Source: Malacoraja senta
Lineage: Eukaryota
Assembly: GCA_038087875.1 (NCBI GenBank)
Contig: JAXLNO010002306.1
Coordinates: 1 to 39,512, forward strand
DNA: 39,512 bases
Direction: 5' to 3'
The notes beneath the pieces are model-generated. The model was not told the DNA's origin, did not search any database, and worked only from the letters and a program-made list of their open reading frames with translations. The translations under genes and the position numbers were made by a program. Of the stretch, positions 12,479 through 24,616 are shown in pieces. Position 1 is the stretch's first letter. Every line of letters begins with the position of its first letter.

Positions 12479-14986
12479 AACCATATAACAATTACAGCAT
12501 GGAAACAGGCCATCTCGACCCTTGTAGTCCGTGCCGAACACGTATTCTCCCCTAGTCCCATATACCTGCGCTCAGACCATAACCCTCCATTCCTTTCCCG
12601 TCCATATAACTATCCAATTGATTTTTAAATGATAAAAACGAACCTGCCCCCACCACCTTCACTGGAAGCTCATTCCACACAGCCACCACTCTCTGAGTAA
12701 AGAAGTTCCCCCTCATTTTACCCCTAAACTTCTGTCCCTTAATTCTCAAGTCATATCCTCTTGTTTGAATCTTCCCTACTCTCGGTGGGAAAAGCTTATC
12801 CACGTCAACTCTGTCTACCCCTCTCATCATTTTAAAGACCTCTATCAAGTCCCCCCTTAACCTTCTGCGCTCCAAAGAATAAAGCCTCAACTTGTTCAAC
12901 CTTTCTCTGTAACTTAGTTGCTGAAACCCAGGCAACATTCTAGTAAATCTCCTCTGTACTCTCTCTATTTTGTTGACATCCTTCCTATAATTAGGCGACC
13001 AAAATTGTACACCATACTCCAGAATTGGCCTCACCAATGCCTTGTACAATTTTAACATTACATCCCAACTTCTATACTCAATGCTCTGATTTATAAAAGC
13101 CAGCACACCAAAAGCTTTCTTTACCACCCTATCTACATGAGATTCCACTTTCAGGGAACTGTGCACAGTTATTCCAAGATCCCTCTGTTCACCTGCATTC
13201 TTCAATTCCCTACCATTTACCATGTACGTCCTATTTTGATTTGACCTGCCAAGATGTAGCACCTCACACTTATCAGCATTAAACTCCATCTGCCATCTTT
13301 CAGCCCACTCTTCCAACCGGCATAAATCTCTCTGTAGACTTTGAAAATCTACTTCATTATCCACAGCCCCACCTATCTTAGTATCATCTGCATACTTACT
13401 AATCCAATTTACCACACCATCATCCAGATCATTGATGTACATGACAAACAACAGTGGACCCAACACAGATCCCTGTGGCACCCCACTAGTCACTGGCCTC
13501 CAACCTGACAAACAACCACCCACCATTACTCTCTGGCATCTCCCATTCAGCCACTGTTCAATCCATCTTGCTACTCCACCATTAATACCCAACCATTGAA
13601 CATTCTTAACCAACCTTCCGTGAGGAACCTCGTCAAAGGCCTTACTGAAGTCCATATATACAACATCCACGGCTTTACCCTCATCAATTTCCCGAGTAAC
13701 CTCTTCAAAAAATTCAAGAAGATTAGTCAAACATGACCTTCCAGGCACAAATCCATGTTGACTGTTCCTAATCAGCCCCTGTTTATCCAGATGCGTATAT
13801 ATATTATCTCTAAGTATCCTTTCCATTAATTTTCCCACCACTGACGTCAAACTAACAGGTCTATAATTGCTAGGTTTACTCTTAGACCCCTTTTTAAACA
13901 ATGGAACAACATGCGCAGTACGCCAATCCTCCGGCACTATTGCCGTTTCTAATGACATTTGACATATTTCTGTCATAGCCCCTGCTATTTCTACACTAAC
14001 TTCCCTCAATGTCCTAGGGAATATCCTGTCCGGACCTGGAGACTTATCCACTTTTATATTTCTCAAAAGTGTCAGTACTTCCTCTTCTTTGAATCTCATA
14101 GTTTCCATAGCTACTCTACTTGTTTCCCTTACCTCACATAATTCAATATCCTTCTCCTTGGTGAATACCGAAGAAAAGAATTTGTTCAATATCTCCCCCA
14201 TCTCTTTTGGCTCTGCAGCTACCTGTCCACTCTGACTCTCTAATGGACCAATTTATATCCCTCGTTATCCTTTTGCTATTAATATAGCTATAGAAACCCT
14301 TTAGATTTACTTTCACCTTACTTGCCAAAGCAACCTCATATCTTCTATTAGATTTTCTAATTTCTTTCTTAAGACTCTTTTTACATTTTTTATACTCCTC
14401 CAGCACCTCATTTACTCCATGCTGCCTATAATTATTGTAGATCTCCCTCTTTTTCCGAACTAAGTGTCCAATTTCCCTTGAAAACCATGGCTCTTTCCAA
14501 TTCTTACTATTTCCCTTCAACCGAACAGGGACATAAAGATTCTGTACTATTAAAATGGTCACCTTTAAATAGCCTCCACATCTTCCACATCTTTCCCATA
14601 AAACAAACTGTCCCAATTTACTCCTTTTAAATCCTTTCGCATCTCCTCAAAGTTAGCCTTTCTCCAATCAAAAATCTCAACCTTAGGTCCAGTTCTGACC
14701 CGCTCCATAATTATATTGAAACTAATGGTATTGTGATCACTGGTCCCGAACTGTTCCCCAACGCATACCTCTGCCACCTGACCCGTCTCATTTCCTAACA
14801 GGAGGTCCAGCACTGCCCCTTCTCTAGTAGGTACTTCTATGTATTGCTGCAAAAAACTATCCTGCACACATTTTACAAACTCCAACCCATCCAGCCCATT
14901 TACAGAATGTGTTTCCCAGTCTATGTGTGGAAAATTGAAATCTCCCACAATCACTACGAATAAGCTCTGAGCTCTGAACTGCAAAA
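12470..14986 (-). mobile_element. CR1 LINE, 5'-truncated, with an uninterrupted 549-aa RT ORF (12552-14201) and frameshifted endonuclease part
   Basis: VGDFNFPHIDW, KSPGPD, SQHGFVPGRSCLTNL, YMDFSKAFD, SGVPQGSVLGP and YADD; (TTATATGG)n tail. Confidence 0.95.
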
Positions 14987-15299
14987 GACTATACTATTAT
15001 TTGTTATTTGCACTATTTGTTATTTATTGAACTTTATCTTTTTTTCTCTTCCCCCATTATGTACTATGTTTACATATTCACATATTCTGTTGTGCTGCAG
15101 CAAGTATGAAATGCATTGTCCTGTCCGGGACATGTGACAATAAAACACTCTTGACTCTTCTTGACCCTAGTCTAGGCCTCTTGGTTATCACTCACTCACT
15201 CACACACTGCAACACCTGTCCTTCAGTGCTAAACTTGCCTGGCCCTATTTTGTGACGGGGTAAAAGATGTGATCATTAGAGTGAATCCCAGCACCGTAC

Positions 15300-15616
15300 C
15301 TTGAAAGCTTTTCACTTCCCTACTGATACTGGTGTTCGAGGGGGATGAGACACTGTACAGCCGAAGACTGAGCCTTTCTTTCAATCCTCTGAACTCACAG
15401 TCAGGAAGTGGCTGGCACTGAAAGTCCCCCCCTGCTCCAGAGCAGTCGGTGTAGCGTTGGTGGTGGAGGAGATCGGGGCTCCGTCTTTCTCCCAAGTGAC
15501 GTTTATGAGGTCCGGGTAGAAACCAGAGAGCACACATTCGAGGGTGGCTGTGTGGCTACGCGTGGTCTCTTGATGAGCTGGAGGAAGCAGGCTGACCTTG
15601 AGTCTTTTTGTTTCAA
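15300..15616 (-). pseudogene. IgW: IgW constant exon, CH4-type (IgNAR C3-like) C1-set domain, disrupted
   Basis: Acceptor TTTTCCAG|, donor |GTACGG. Reads (V)ETKRLKVSLLPPAHQETTRSHTATLECVLSGFYPDLINVTWEKDG...PTALEQGGTFSASHFLTVSSED*KKGSVFGCTVSHPP, then a 1-nt frameshift restores SNTSISREVKSFQ. TGA at 15381-15383 replaces the conserved Trp. Length 317 nt (not 3n). Domain number is from recalled homology. Confidence 0.9.
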
Positions 15617-15659
15617 CTGGAAAAGAGGAGCAAAGTAGATGTGAGACCATCTTCCTCAA

Positions 15660-15975
15660 GGGCCTGTCCCACTTACGCGACTTTTTCAGCGACTGCCAGC
15701 ACCCGTCATTGGTCGTTACAGGTGGCCGAAAATGTTCAACATGTTGAAAATCCAGAACAAGGTACGACTCTTTTGGCAACTACTCACGACCATACAGGCT
15801 TCACCATGTCGCCAGTATGGTCATGAGTAGTCTCCTCAGTCGCCCAAAGAGTCGTAGAGTCTTCTGGTCACCGTTGGATTTTCAACATGTTGAAAATTTT
15901 CGGTTACCTGCTGCTACTATGCCGGGTGCCGGTAGTCGCAGAAAAAAATTTCGGAGCTCCCGCAACGGCAACTTC
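15660..15975. mobile_element. Partial MITE/DNA transposon with the same GGGCCTGTCCCAC terminus
   Basis: Left terminus matches 2399; no matching right terminus found. Confidence 0.55.
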
Positions 15976-16330
15976 TCCCTTCCGAGTTGCGGGGTTGAAA
16001 ATGACCTGGAGCGGGGCCTTACATCGCGGCTTTAAATGGCTGCGGGACTCGCTAGCGCCCGCCGAGGGCTCCAACATCAAGACCCGGAGCGCGGCCTTGC
16101 ATCGCCCAGCGCGGCTTTAATGGCCGCGGGACTTACTTACCCTCGCCCGCTGGGGGCTTTGACTTTGACATCGGGAGGAGAATGAGGAGAGCAGGGGAGA
16201 GACAAGACTTTGCCTTCCATCACAGTGAGGAGGAGATTCACTGTGATGGATGTTTGTGTGTAAATTGTGTTGTGTCTTGGTTCTTTGTACTTGTTTGTAT
16301 GACTGCAGAAACCAAATTTCGTTTTAACTT

Positions 16331-16893
16331 AAGGCACTGTCTTACCTGTTTGCGGTCATCGGCGGTGAAGCGCGGCGTCGCTGGTAGCGGGGACTGCGCG
16401 GCAACGGCGAGAGCGTCGAGCCTATCCACCGGAGTGTCGCACGGATGCTGCGCGGGGGCCGAGTTAATTCAAACACGGCGGGTCCCACGTGCTTGCGGTA
16501 AGTAAAAAAAAGGGCGGGCCGACTGCGATGACGTCGGCCCGCCGCATGTGACTCACCAGCGGCCATCCTGATCGCGGCGCTGTAGCGGTGGCTGTGCCTG
16601 CGGCCGTGCAGCACACGTGCCTCACTGGCGGCGGCACGTGCCTCACTGGCGGAGGCTGTGGCAGCGGAGGTTTGACGCACGGCGCTCGAGCCACACTGGC
16701 GGCGGCCCGTGCCGCACTTGTGCATCACTGGTGGAGGTTGTGCGGTGAGTATATAGTTTTCGACATTGTCAATTTTATTTTAGCACCGTGGGAACACCGC
16801 CGCACGGCCCGGGAATTGTACGTTCTCAAGAGTGCGCGGTCTATGGCGGCAGATTCTTCCCGTTTCGCCGCCAATGGCTCGTGAGACAGGCCT
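16331..16893. mobile_element. GC-rich MITE-like element with degenerate TIRs
   Basis: Left end AAGGCACTGTCTTAC versus right end GTGAGACAGGCCTT; resembles the GGGCCTGTCCCAC family. Confidence 0.4.
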
Positions 16894-17032
16894 TTTAGGT
16901 TCAAATGACAACAAATAAATTGTATCATTGTATCAAAATTGCGGAATTGGGACAGGCTCTTTATGGAAAGCCAGGGCAGAAATCCAAACAGGTGTCTTAT
17001 AAAAGAACTTTAAGATGTTTATGTCATCACAT

Positions 17033-17126
17033 AAAAGACTGATCAATGGCAGATCAAACTATACACTGGCTAGATTTATTGCAAAAGACTGACCAATGGC
17101 AGATCAAACTATACACTGGCTAGATT
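17033..17126. repeat. 50-bp tandem duplication
   Basis: AAAAGACTGAYCAATGGCAGATCAAACTATACACTGGCTAGATT at 17033 and 17083. Confidence 0.9.
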
Positions 17127-17318
17127 ATTGAAAACAGAATAGCAGAAAAACTTGTGTTAAATAGCAGGTTGGGTGTTTTGACTGAAAAAAACCCAGAACA
17201 AAGGAGCCGTCAACTGGGATTTGACTCTCTTTCCCATCACCATGATCAGCTGGTACATTACAGGGGCACAATTTGATATGTGCTTTGCTTGGAACCCCTG
17301 CAGCATCGATTAGTAATA
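17125..17318 (-). other. Candidate terminal (secretory-tail) exon 3 of the IgW cluster
   Basis: Pyrimidine-rich acceptor TTTTCTCATTCATGTTGCTCAG|, open in phase 1 (xLLIDAAGVPSKAHIKLCPCNV...FCFQ*), AATAAA at 17075-17080 (minus). No homology confirmed. Confidence 0.3.
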
Positions 17319-17559
17319 CTGAGCAACATGAATGAGAAAAGCAACTTTTCTCCTTGTGGGCCAAGCCTGGGATTCCCTCGGTTTAAGAATGTCACATGCT
17401 GATATTGCAGTCTTACTCTGACCATGTGTCTCACCATCTCTGAAACCTTCACCACAAACATAACCTTCAGTAAAGGTGTCATTCTTCCAACTCTGGGCAC
17501 TCATAAGCCTGCACTCCTTTCACCTTTGTCCCACTTGCTGTGTCACGTTGCAGTGTTGC

Positions 17560-17831
17560 TCACAAGCACCAAAGCAGACTCAGCAGATTCATCCCCCGCA
17601 TCTCTCCTCCTTGAAATGAAGAATGACGGTAAATGTCAATCCAGAAGTTGTCGATCTGGTGACATGAGCTCAAAATTCCAACCCATGATCTGGGAATTTC
17701 AATATTATTAATAAATGCATTCTGACGTAAAACGCTTCCGTTGGTGGTGACGCATGTCGATAGTTCACTGCTGCACTTCACGGAAGGGAATGTGTCATCA
17801 TATCTGTTCTGGCCAGTATGCAACTCCACAC
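17560..17831 (-). other. Candidate terminal (secretory-tail) exon 2
   Basis: Acceptor CATTTTGCTACAG|, phase-1 open frame of ~90 codons (GVELHTGQNRY...KCSSELSTCV...LLWCL*). No nearby poly(A) signal seen. Confidence 0.25.
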
Positions 17832-18689
17832 CTGTAGCAAAATGGCTCCAGACTAGTGTCAGTTTAGTGTGACTGTGCTCCAGTGAAGACTTTGAGGCGT
17901 TTCAGTAATTGATAGAAACTATCTGAAATAAATTAGTGGCTGACTCTCCAGCGACAGCAGAGCAAATCATAAATGGTTAGAAGTATCAAGGTCCCCCTCC
18001 TGCTGCAGATTGGGATAAAATTCTGCATTAGATGTATTTTCCCGTTTCACTTCAGAATCATTGGGGGAGGAAGAGAATGATTCATTCATTCATTGCCGCT
18101 GACTGACCTGCACTGCCACTTGTCCTCTGAAGCAGCATCATGAGTCTAGTTCCACTCAGCTCACTCTCGTGTGTGCACTGTTTACACACTCAGTCACTTG
18201 GGCCACATGAGCTGATTTTGCTTTCAAACACTTATTGTGGAGGGTGATAACGTTTGTGTCAGAATTGAAACTATCAGAGCCCGCAGATCAAAGTCTTCAA
18301 CTGCGTAGAAAGCAGTCATAAGAAGGGTCTCGACCCGAAACGTCGCCTATTCCTTCGCTCCATAGATGCTGCCTCACCTGCTGAGTTTCTCCAGCATTTT
18401 TGTCTACCTTCGATTTTGCAGCATCTGCAGTTCCTTCTTAAACAAGAGTCATACACACTGTGTATGTCTGACAGGAGACATCACATTTGTCAATGTAAGA
18501 TGTTGTCTATTTCACAACCCCTCCTTCTTTAAGCAAAATGGCGAGCAAATTCCTTTAAAAAATAGTTATGTGCGTGGCATTAGTGTGGATGACAGTTGTT
18601 GCAGTGTCATCAGAAATTTGTAAGCCTAGTTTAACAGTGTGCATTGTTCTTGCTTTGTGAATCTTGTTTTAATCAGCAATGTGATATTG

Positions 18690-18949
18690 TTAAACATGTG
18701 TGTTTGCAAGATGCTCAATCCCATCCCATATCAGTGACAGTCGTGTAGTTCCACAATCGTGGTGTTGGGGGGAAATCACCTCATATGAAACCTGGCAGAG
18801 TATGGATACTCTCCATGCTGTAAAATATTGGTATCTTCCACAAGAGACATTTTGTATTGCTCATCCTTGGATGATTATAACCAAACACGTCCATTCCTTG
18901 CAACATTCCTTGCATTCCCTGAATTTTTCCTTTGGACTGAGGTCTGTGT
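18690..18949 (-). pseudogene. Candidate Cys-rich IgW short-form secretory-tail exon with an internal stop
   Basis: Acceptor TTATTAACCCACCTCCCAG|. Phase 1 reads xTDLSPKEKFRECKECCKEWTCLVIIIQG*AIQNVSCGRYQYFTAW...CQV...DCG...HV*. Internal TGA at 18861-18863. ATTAAA at 18668-18673 (minus), just after the final stop. Confidence 0.5.
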
Positions 18950-19089
18950 CTGGGAGGTGGGTTAATAAATCTGTGGCAATTTGTGCTAACCATGGTTTTC
19001 ACCCAAAGTCAGTTAGAGCCCTGGATCTTGCCTCACCAGTTTGCCTTTATTAAAGGGTCACCCAATTTTTTATTGAGCCACTTTGACAT

Positions 19090-20985
19090 ACGGGCAATAC
19101 GGGCTGAAAAGATTAGATACGAGGGGAAGCTGGCCAGGAATATAAAGAAGGACAGTAAAAGCTTCTTTAGATATGTTAAGGGAAAAAGAGTAGCAAAGTC
19201 AAATGTGGGTCCCTTGAAGGCAGACACGGATGAAATTATTAAGGGCAACAAGGAAATGGCAGAAGAGTTGAATAGGTACTTCGGATTTGTCTTCACAAAG
19301 GAAGACACAAACAATCTTCCAGATGTACTGGAGGACAGAGGATCTAAGGGGGTAGAGGAACTGTAAGGAATTTCCATTAGGCGAGAAATAGTATTGGGTA
19401 GGCTAATGGGACTGAAGGATGATAAATCCCCTGGGCCTGATGGTCTGCATACCAGGGTCCTCAGGGAGGTGGCTCTAGAAATAGTGGACGCATTGGTGAT
19501 CATTTTCCAATGTTCAATAGATTCAGGATCAGTTCCTGTGGATTGGAGGATAGCTAATGTTATCCCACTTTTCAAGAAAGGAGCGAGAGAGAAAACGGGG
19601 AATTACAGACCAGTTAGCCTGACTTCGGTGGTGGAAAAGATGCTGGAGTCAATTATTAAAGCGGTAATAATGGGGCATTTGGATAGCAGTAAAAGGATTA
19701 GTCCAAGTCAACATGGATTTATGAAAGGGAAATCATGCTTGACTAATCTTCTGGAATTTTTTGAGGATGTGACAAATAAAATGGATGAAGGGGTGCCAGT
19801 GGATGTAATGTATCTAGACTTTCAGAAAGCCTTTGATAAGGTCCCGCACGGGAGACTGGTGACTAAAATTAGAGCACATGGTATTGGGAGTAGGGTGTTG
19901 ACATGGACAGAAAATTGGCTGGCAGACCGGAAGCAAAGAGTAGGAGTGAACGGGTCCTTTTCATAATGGCAGGCAGTGGCGAGTGGAGTGCCGCAAGGCT
20001 CTGTGTTGGGGCCACAACTGTTTACCATATATATTAATGATTTGGAAGAGGGAATTAGGAGCAACACTAGCGAGTTTGCAGATGACACAAAACTGGGTGG
20101 CAGTGTGAACTGTGAAGAGGATGTTAGGAGGTTGCAGGGTGACCTGGACAGGTTGAGTGAGTGGGCAGATGCGTGGCAGATGAAGTATAAAAAAGATAAA
20201 TGTGAGGTTATCCACTTTGGTGGCAAAAATAAGGGGGCAGAATATTATCTCAATGGGGTTACGTAAGGGGGAGGTGCAGCGAGACCTGGGCGTCCTTGTA
20301 CACTAAAAGTTGGCGTGCAGGTACAGCAGGCAGTGAAGAAAGATAATGGAATGTTGACCTTCATAACAAGAGGATTTCAGTATAGGAGTAAAGAGGTTCT
20401 TCTGCAGTTGTATGGGGCTCTGGTGAGACCACATCTGGAGTATTGTGTCCAGTTTTGGTCTCCTAATTTTGAGGAAGGACATCCTTGTGATTGAGGCAGT
20501 GCAGCATAGGTTCACGAGATTGATCCCTGGGATGGCGGGACTGTCATATGAGGAAAGATTGAAAAGACTAGGCTTGTATTCACTGGAGTTTAGAAGGATG
20601 AGGGGGGATCTTATAGAAAAATATAACATTATAAAAGGACTGGACAAGCTAGATGCAGGAAAAATGTTCCCAATGTTGGGCGAGTCCAGAGCCAGGGGCC
20701 ACAGTCTTAGAATAAAGGGGAGGTCATTTAAGACTGAGGTGAGAAAAAACGTTTTCACCCAGAGTTGTGAATTTATGGAATTCCCTGCCACAGAGGGCAG
20801 TGGAGGCCAAGTCACTGGATGGATTTAAGAGAGAGTTAGATAGAGCTCTAGGGGCTAGGGGAGTCAATGGATATGGGGAGTAGGCAGGCACGGGTTATTG
20901 ATAGGGGACGATCAGCCATGATCACAATGGCGGTGCTGGCTCGAAGGGCCGAATGGCCTCCTCCTGCACCTATTTTCTATGTTTC
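19090..20985 (+). mobile_element. CR1 LINE, 5'-truncated, multiple stops/frameshifts
   Basis: KSPGPDG, SQHGFMKGKSCLTNL, YLDFQKAFDKVPH, SGVPQGSVLGP and FADD; (TTTCTATG)-type tail. Confidence 0.95.
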
Positions 20986-21399
20986 ACACCATTCACCTTA
21001 AACATCTCCTGCCTTGCGATCTCTGGGTGGTCCTTGCTGACTAGAGTCTGAGCATGAAGAAATCTGGCCAGTGGCAACTGGGATGTGAAGCAGCAATGTC
21101 TGCAAATGAATGAATATACAGGCAATGAGTGGAGGGGAGAGGGAGGCAGCTTGAATTGAGTATTTTCCCCCCTCTGGTACACTGATCCCAATGGATAACA
21201 GGGGCTGGATTTGAATCTTATAAATGGGTTGTAATAATAGAATGGGAGTGCAGCGTAGGTTCATCAGGTTAATTCCAGGAATACTCCAGGTGTGGTCTCA
21301 CTAGGGCCCTGTACAACTGCGGAAGGACCTCTTTGACAAAGTGCCCAGGCGGAAAATGAATGTATCACCGTCTATTTCTCTCTTTTCCCTTTCCCGACT

Positions 21400-21530
21400 C
21401 TCAGACTGAAGAAGGGTCTCGACCCAAAACGTCACCAACTCCATTTCTCCAGAGATGCTGTCTGACCCGCTGAGTTACTCCAGCTGTCTATCTTCACTTT
21501 AAACCAACATCTGCAGTTCCTTCTGACACA
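21400..21530 (+). mobile_element. Short Penelope-derived repeat (hammerhead GAAA mutated to AAAA)
   Basis: CTGAAGAAGGGTCTCGACCCAAAACGTCACC...CATCTGCAGTTCCTTC. Confidence 0.6.
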
Positions 21531-21744
21531 ACTTTAAGTTTAATAGGAAAGGAGGTCAGATGGACGATAAACGTATTTTGTTATGGCAGCAATGATTTGA
21601 TCAGACCTGGAAGGCAGTGGTTAAAAGTGAGAGTGGAAGCAGATTCATGTCATTTCCACAAGGAGACTGGATTTCACTTGGTGAGGGGTCGGCTGCAGGG
21701 TTGAGGGGAAAGTGCAGGAAGAGTGAGGAAGGAACTCGTAAAAA

Positions 21745-23790
21745 TTAGAAAGAGCCATGGTTTTCAAGGGAAATTGGACACTTGGTTCGGAAAAAGAGAG
21801 AGATCTACAATAATTATAGGCAGCATGGAGTAAATGAGGTGCTTGAGGAGTATAAAGAATGTAAAAAGAATATTAAGAAATAAATTAGAAAAGCTAAAAG
21901 AAGATATGAGGTTGCTTTGGCAAGTAAGGTGAAAGTAAATTTAAAGGGTTTCTACAGCTATATTAATAGCAAAAGGATAACAAGGAATAAAATTGGTCCA
22001 TTAGAGAGTCAGAGTGGACAGCTATCTGCAGAGCCAAAAGAGATGGGGGAGATATTGAACAATTTCTTTTCTTCGGTATTCACCAAGGAGAAAGATATGG
22101 AATTATGTGAGGTAAGGGGAAAAAAGCAGAGTAGCAATGGAAACTATGAGATTCAAAGAAGAGGAGATGCGGACACTTTTGACACAGGTCCTGACAGGAT
22201 ATTCCCTAGGACATTGAGGGAAGTTAGTGTAGAAATAGCAGGGGCTATGACAGAAATATTTCAAATGTCATTAGAAACGGGAATAGTGCCGGAGGATTAG
22301 CGTACTGCGCATGTTGTTCCGTTGTTTAAAAAGGGTTCTAAGAGTAAACCTAGCAATTATAGACCTGTTAGTTTGACGTCAGTGGTGGGCAAATTAATGG
22401 AAAGGAAACTTAGGGATAATATATATAAGCATCTGGATAAGCAGGGTCTGATTAGGAACAGTCAACATGGATTTGTGCCTGGAAGGTCATGTTTGACTAA
22501 TCTTCTTGAATTTTTCGAAGAGGTTACTAGGGAAATTGATGAGGGTAAAGCAGTGGATGTTGTCTATATGGACTTCAGTAAGGCCTTTGACAAGGTTCCT
22601 CATGGAAGGTTAGTTAAGAAGATTCAATTGTTGTGTATTAATGGTGGAGTAGCAAGATGGATTCAACAGTGGCTGAATGGGAGATGCCAGAGAGTAATGG
22701 TGGATGGCTGTTTGTCAGGTTGGAGGCCGGTGACTAGTGGGGTGCCTCAGCGGTCTGTGTTGGGTCCACTGTTGTTTGTCATGTACATCAATGATCTGGA
22801 TGATGGTGTGGAAAATTGGATTAGTAAGTATGCAGATGATACTAAGATAGGTGGTGTTGTGGATAATGAAGTAGATTGTCAAAGTCTACAGAGAGATTTA
22901 GGCCATTTGGCAGAGTGGGCTGAAAGATGGCAGATGGAGTTTAATGCTGATAAATGTGAGGTACTACATCTCAGCAGGACAAATCAAAATAGGACGTACA
23001 TGGTAAATGGTAGCGAATTGAGGAATGCAGTTGAACAGAGGGATCTAGGAATAACTGTGGTGGAATCTCATGTACTGTAGATAGGGTGGTAAAGAAAGCT
23101 TTTGGTGTACTGGCCTTTATAAATCAGAGCATTGAATATAGAAGTTGGGATGTAATGTTAAAATTGTACAAGGCATTGGTGAGGTCAATTCTGGAGTATG
23201 GAGTACAATTTTGGTCGCCTAATTGTCAACAAAAGGATGTCAACAAAATAGAGAGAGTACAGAGGAGATTTACTAGAATGCTGCCTGGGTTTCAGCAACT
23301 AAGTTACAGAGAAAGGTTGAACAAGTTAGGTCTTTATTCTTTGGAGCGCAGAAGGTTAAGGGGGGACTTGATAGAGGTCTTTAAAATGATGAGCGGGTTA
23401 GACAGAGTTGACGTGGATAAGCTTTTCCCATTGAGAGTAGGGAAGATTCAAACAAGGGGACATGACTTGAGAATTAAGGGACAGAAGTTTAGGGGTAACA
23501 TTAGGGGGAACTTCTTTACTCAGAGAGTGGTAGCTGTGTGGAATGAGCTTCCAGTGGAAGTGGTGGAGGCAGGTTCGATTTTATCCTTTAAAAATAGATT
23601 GGATGGGTATATGGACGGGAAAGGGATGGAGGGTTATGGTCTGAGTGCAGGTACTGTAGATGGGACTAGGGGGAAGTAAGAAGCAAGAAGGGGAAAATAA
23701 AAGAAGAAAAAAAAAGTGTTCGGCACGGACTTGAAGGGCCGAGATGGCCTGTTTCCGTGCTGTAATGGTTATATGGTTATTATATATGGT
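21745..23790 (+). mobile_element. CR1 LINE (same subfamily as 12470-14986, opposite orientation), disrupted
   Basis: Near-identical RT peptide (SQHGFVPGRSCLTNL, YADD) with in-frame stops; (TTATATGG)n tail. Confidence 0.95.
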
Positions 23791-23918
23791 TTAAATCTCC
23801 ACACTGTGCACGGGCACAATAGGTGTGACTGTGCACAGCAGCTGATCTGCAGGGAGGTGTTTGGGGTGGTAGAGAGCTGCAGGAATTAGACAAAGCAGTG
23901 GATAGAATGGAGGCAGAT

Positions 23919-24375
23919 CCGGTCGGTCCGCAATAACCTCCGGTCGGTCCGCAATAACCGACTTGACCTCCCGGTGGCTCAGCACTTCAACTCCCCCTCC
24001 CATTCCGTATCTGACCTCTCTATCCTGGGTCTCCTCCATGGCCACAGCGAGCAACACTGTAAATTGGAGGAAATGCACTTGGGCAGTCTACATCCTGGCA
24101 GCTTGAACATTGAATTCTCCCAATTCTGCTAGCCCTTGCTGTCCCCTCCCCTTCATCAGCCCTCTGGTTGTCTCCTCCCCTCCCCCAGCCCTCGGGCTCC
24201 TCCTCCGCCTTTTTCCTTTTTTCCTTTCTTCTCCCCACCCCCTATCAGTCTGAAGAAGGGTTTCGGCACGAAACGTTGCCCATTTCCTTTGCTCCATAGA
24301 TGCTGCTGCACCCGCTGAGTTTCTCCAGCATTTTTGTGTACCTTCGATTTTCCAGCATCTGCAGTTCCTTCTTTA
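23919..24375 (+). mobile_element. Penelope-like element 3' fragment: GIY-YIG C-terminus plus hammerhead-bearing terminal region
   Basis: Reads RSVRNNRLDLPVAQHFNSPSHSVSDLSILGLLH...KLEE...LGSLHPGSLNIEFSQFC*, recalled as the Penelope endonuclease C-terminus. CTGAAGA...GAAA at 24250-24273. 21-bp tandem duplication at the 5' end. Confidence 0.75.
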
Positions 24376-24616
24376 ACAAGACGAGATGCTTCCTCCGTGA
24401 ACCCCCCACCCCCCACCATTATCTCCTTCCACATAAATTCTCAGTCTTTTTCCTTGTGCAGCAGCACTCTGGTTGATAGGAGAATGAATGAGCAAAATAA
24501 TTAATTGGCTTCCTCCTACATTGTTCGACAATGTAGGAGGAAGCCAATTGTTCGACAAAGGCTTCCACTTCAGTTCTATCATTAGCTTTAAATGGACAAC
24601 AAAATCTCATACTAAC

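Noticed and set aside
12552-14201. 549-aa RT ORF as a domesticated or active gene
   Set aside because: The element is 5'-truncated with a frameshifted endonuclease region and is near-identical to the disrupted copy at 21745-23790; an ordinary young CR1.
23802-23808. CACTGTG/CACAGTG heptamers here and at ~10343, ~16223, ~16243 and ~31375 as RSS
   Set aside because: For the two I checked (23802, 31375) there is no nonamer at 12/23-bp spacing; the others lie in TE-derived sequence; none adjoins a V, D or J segment.
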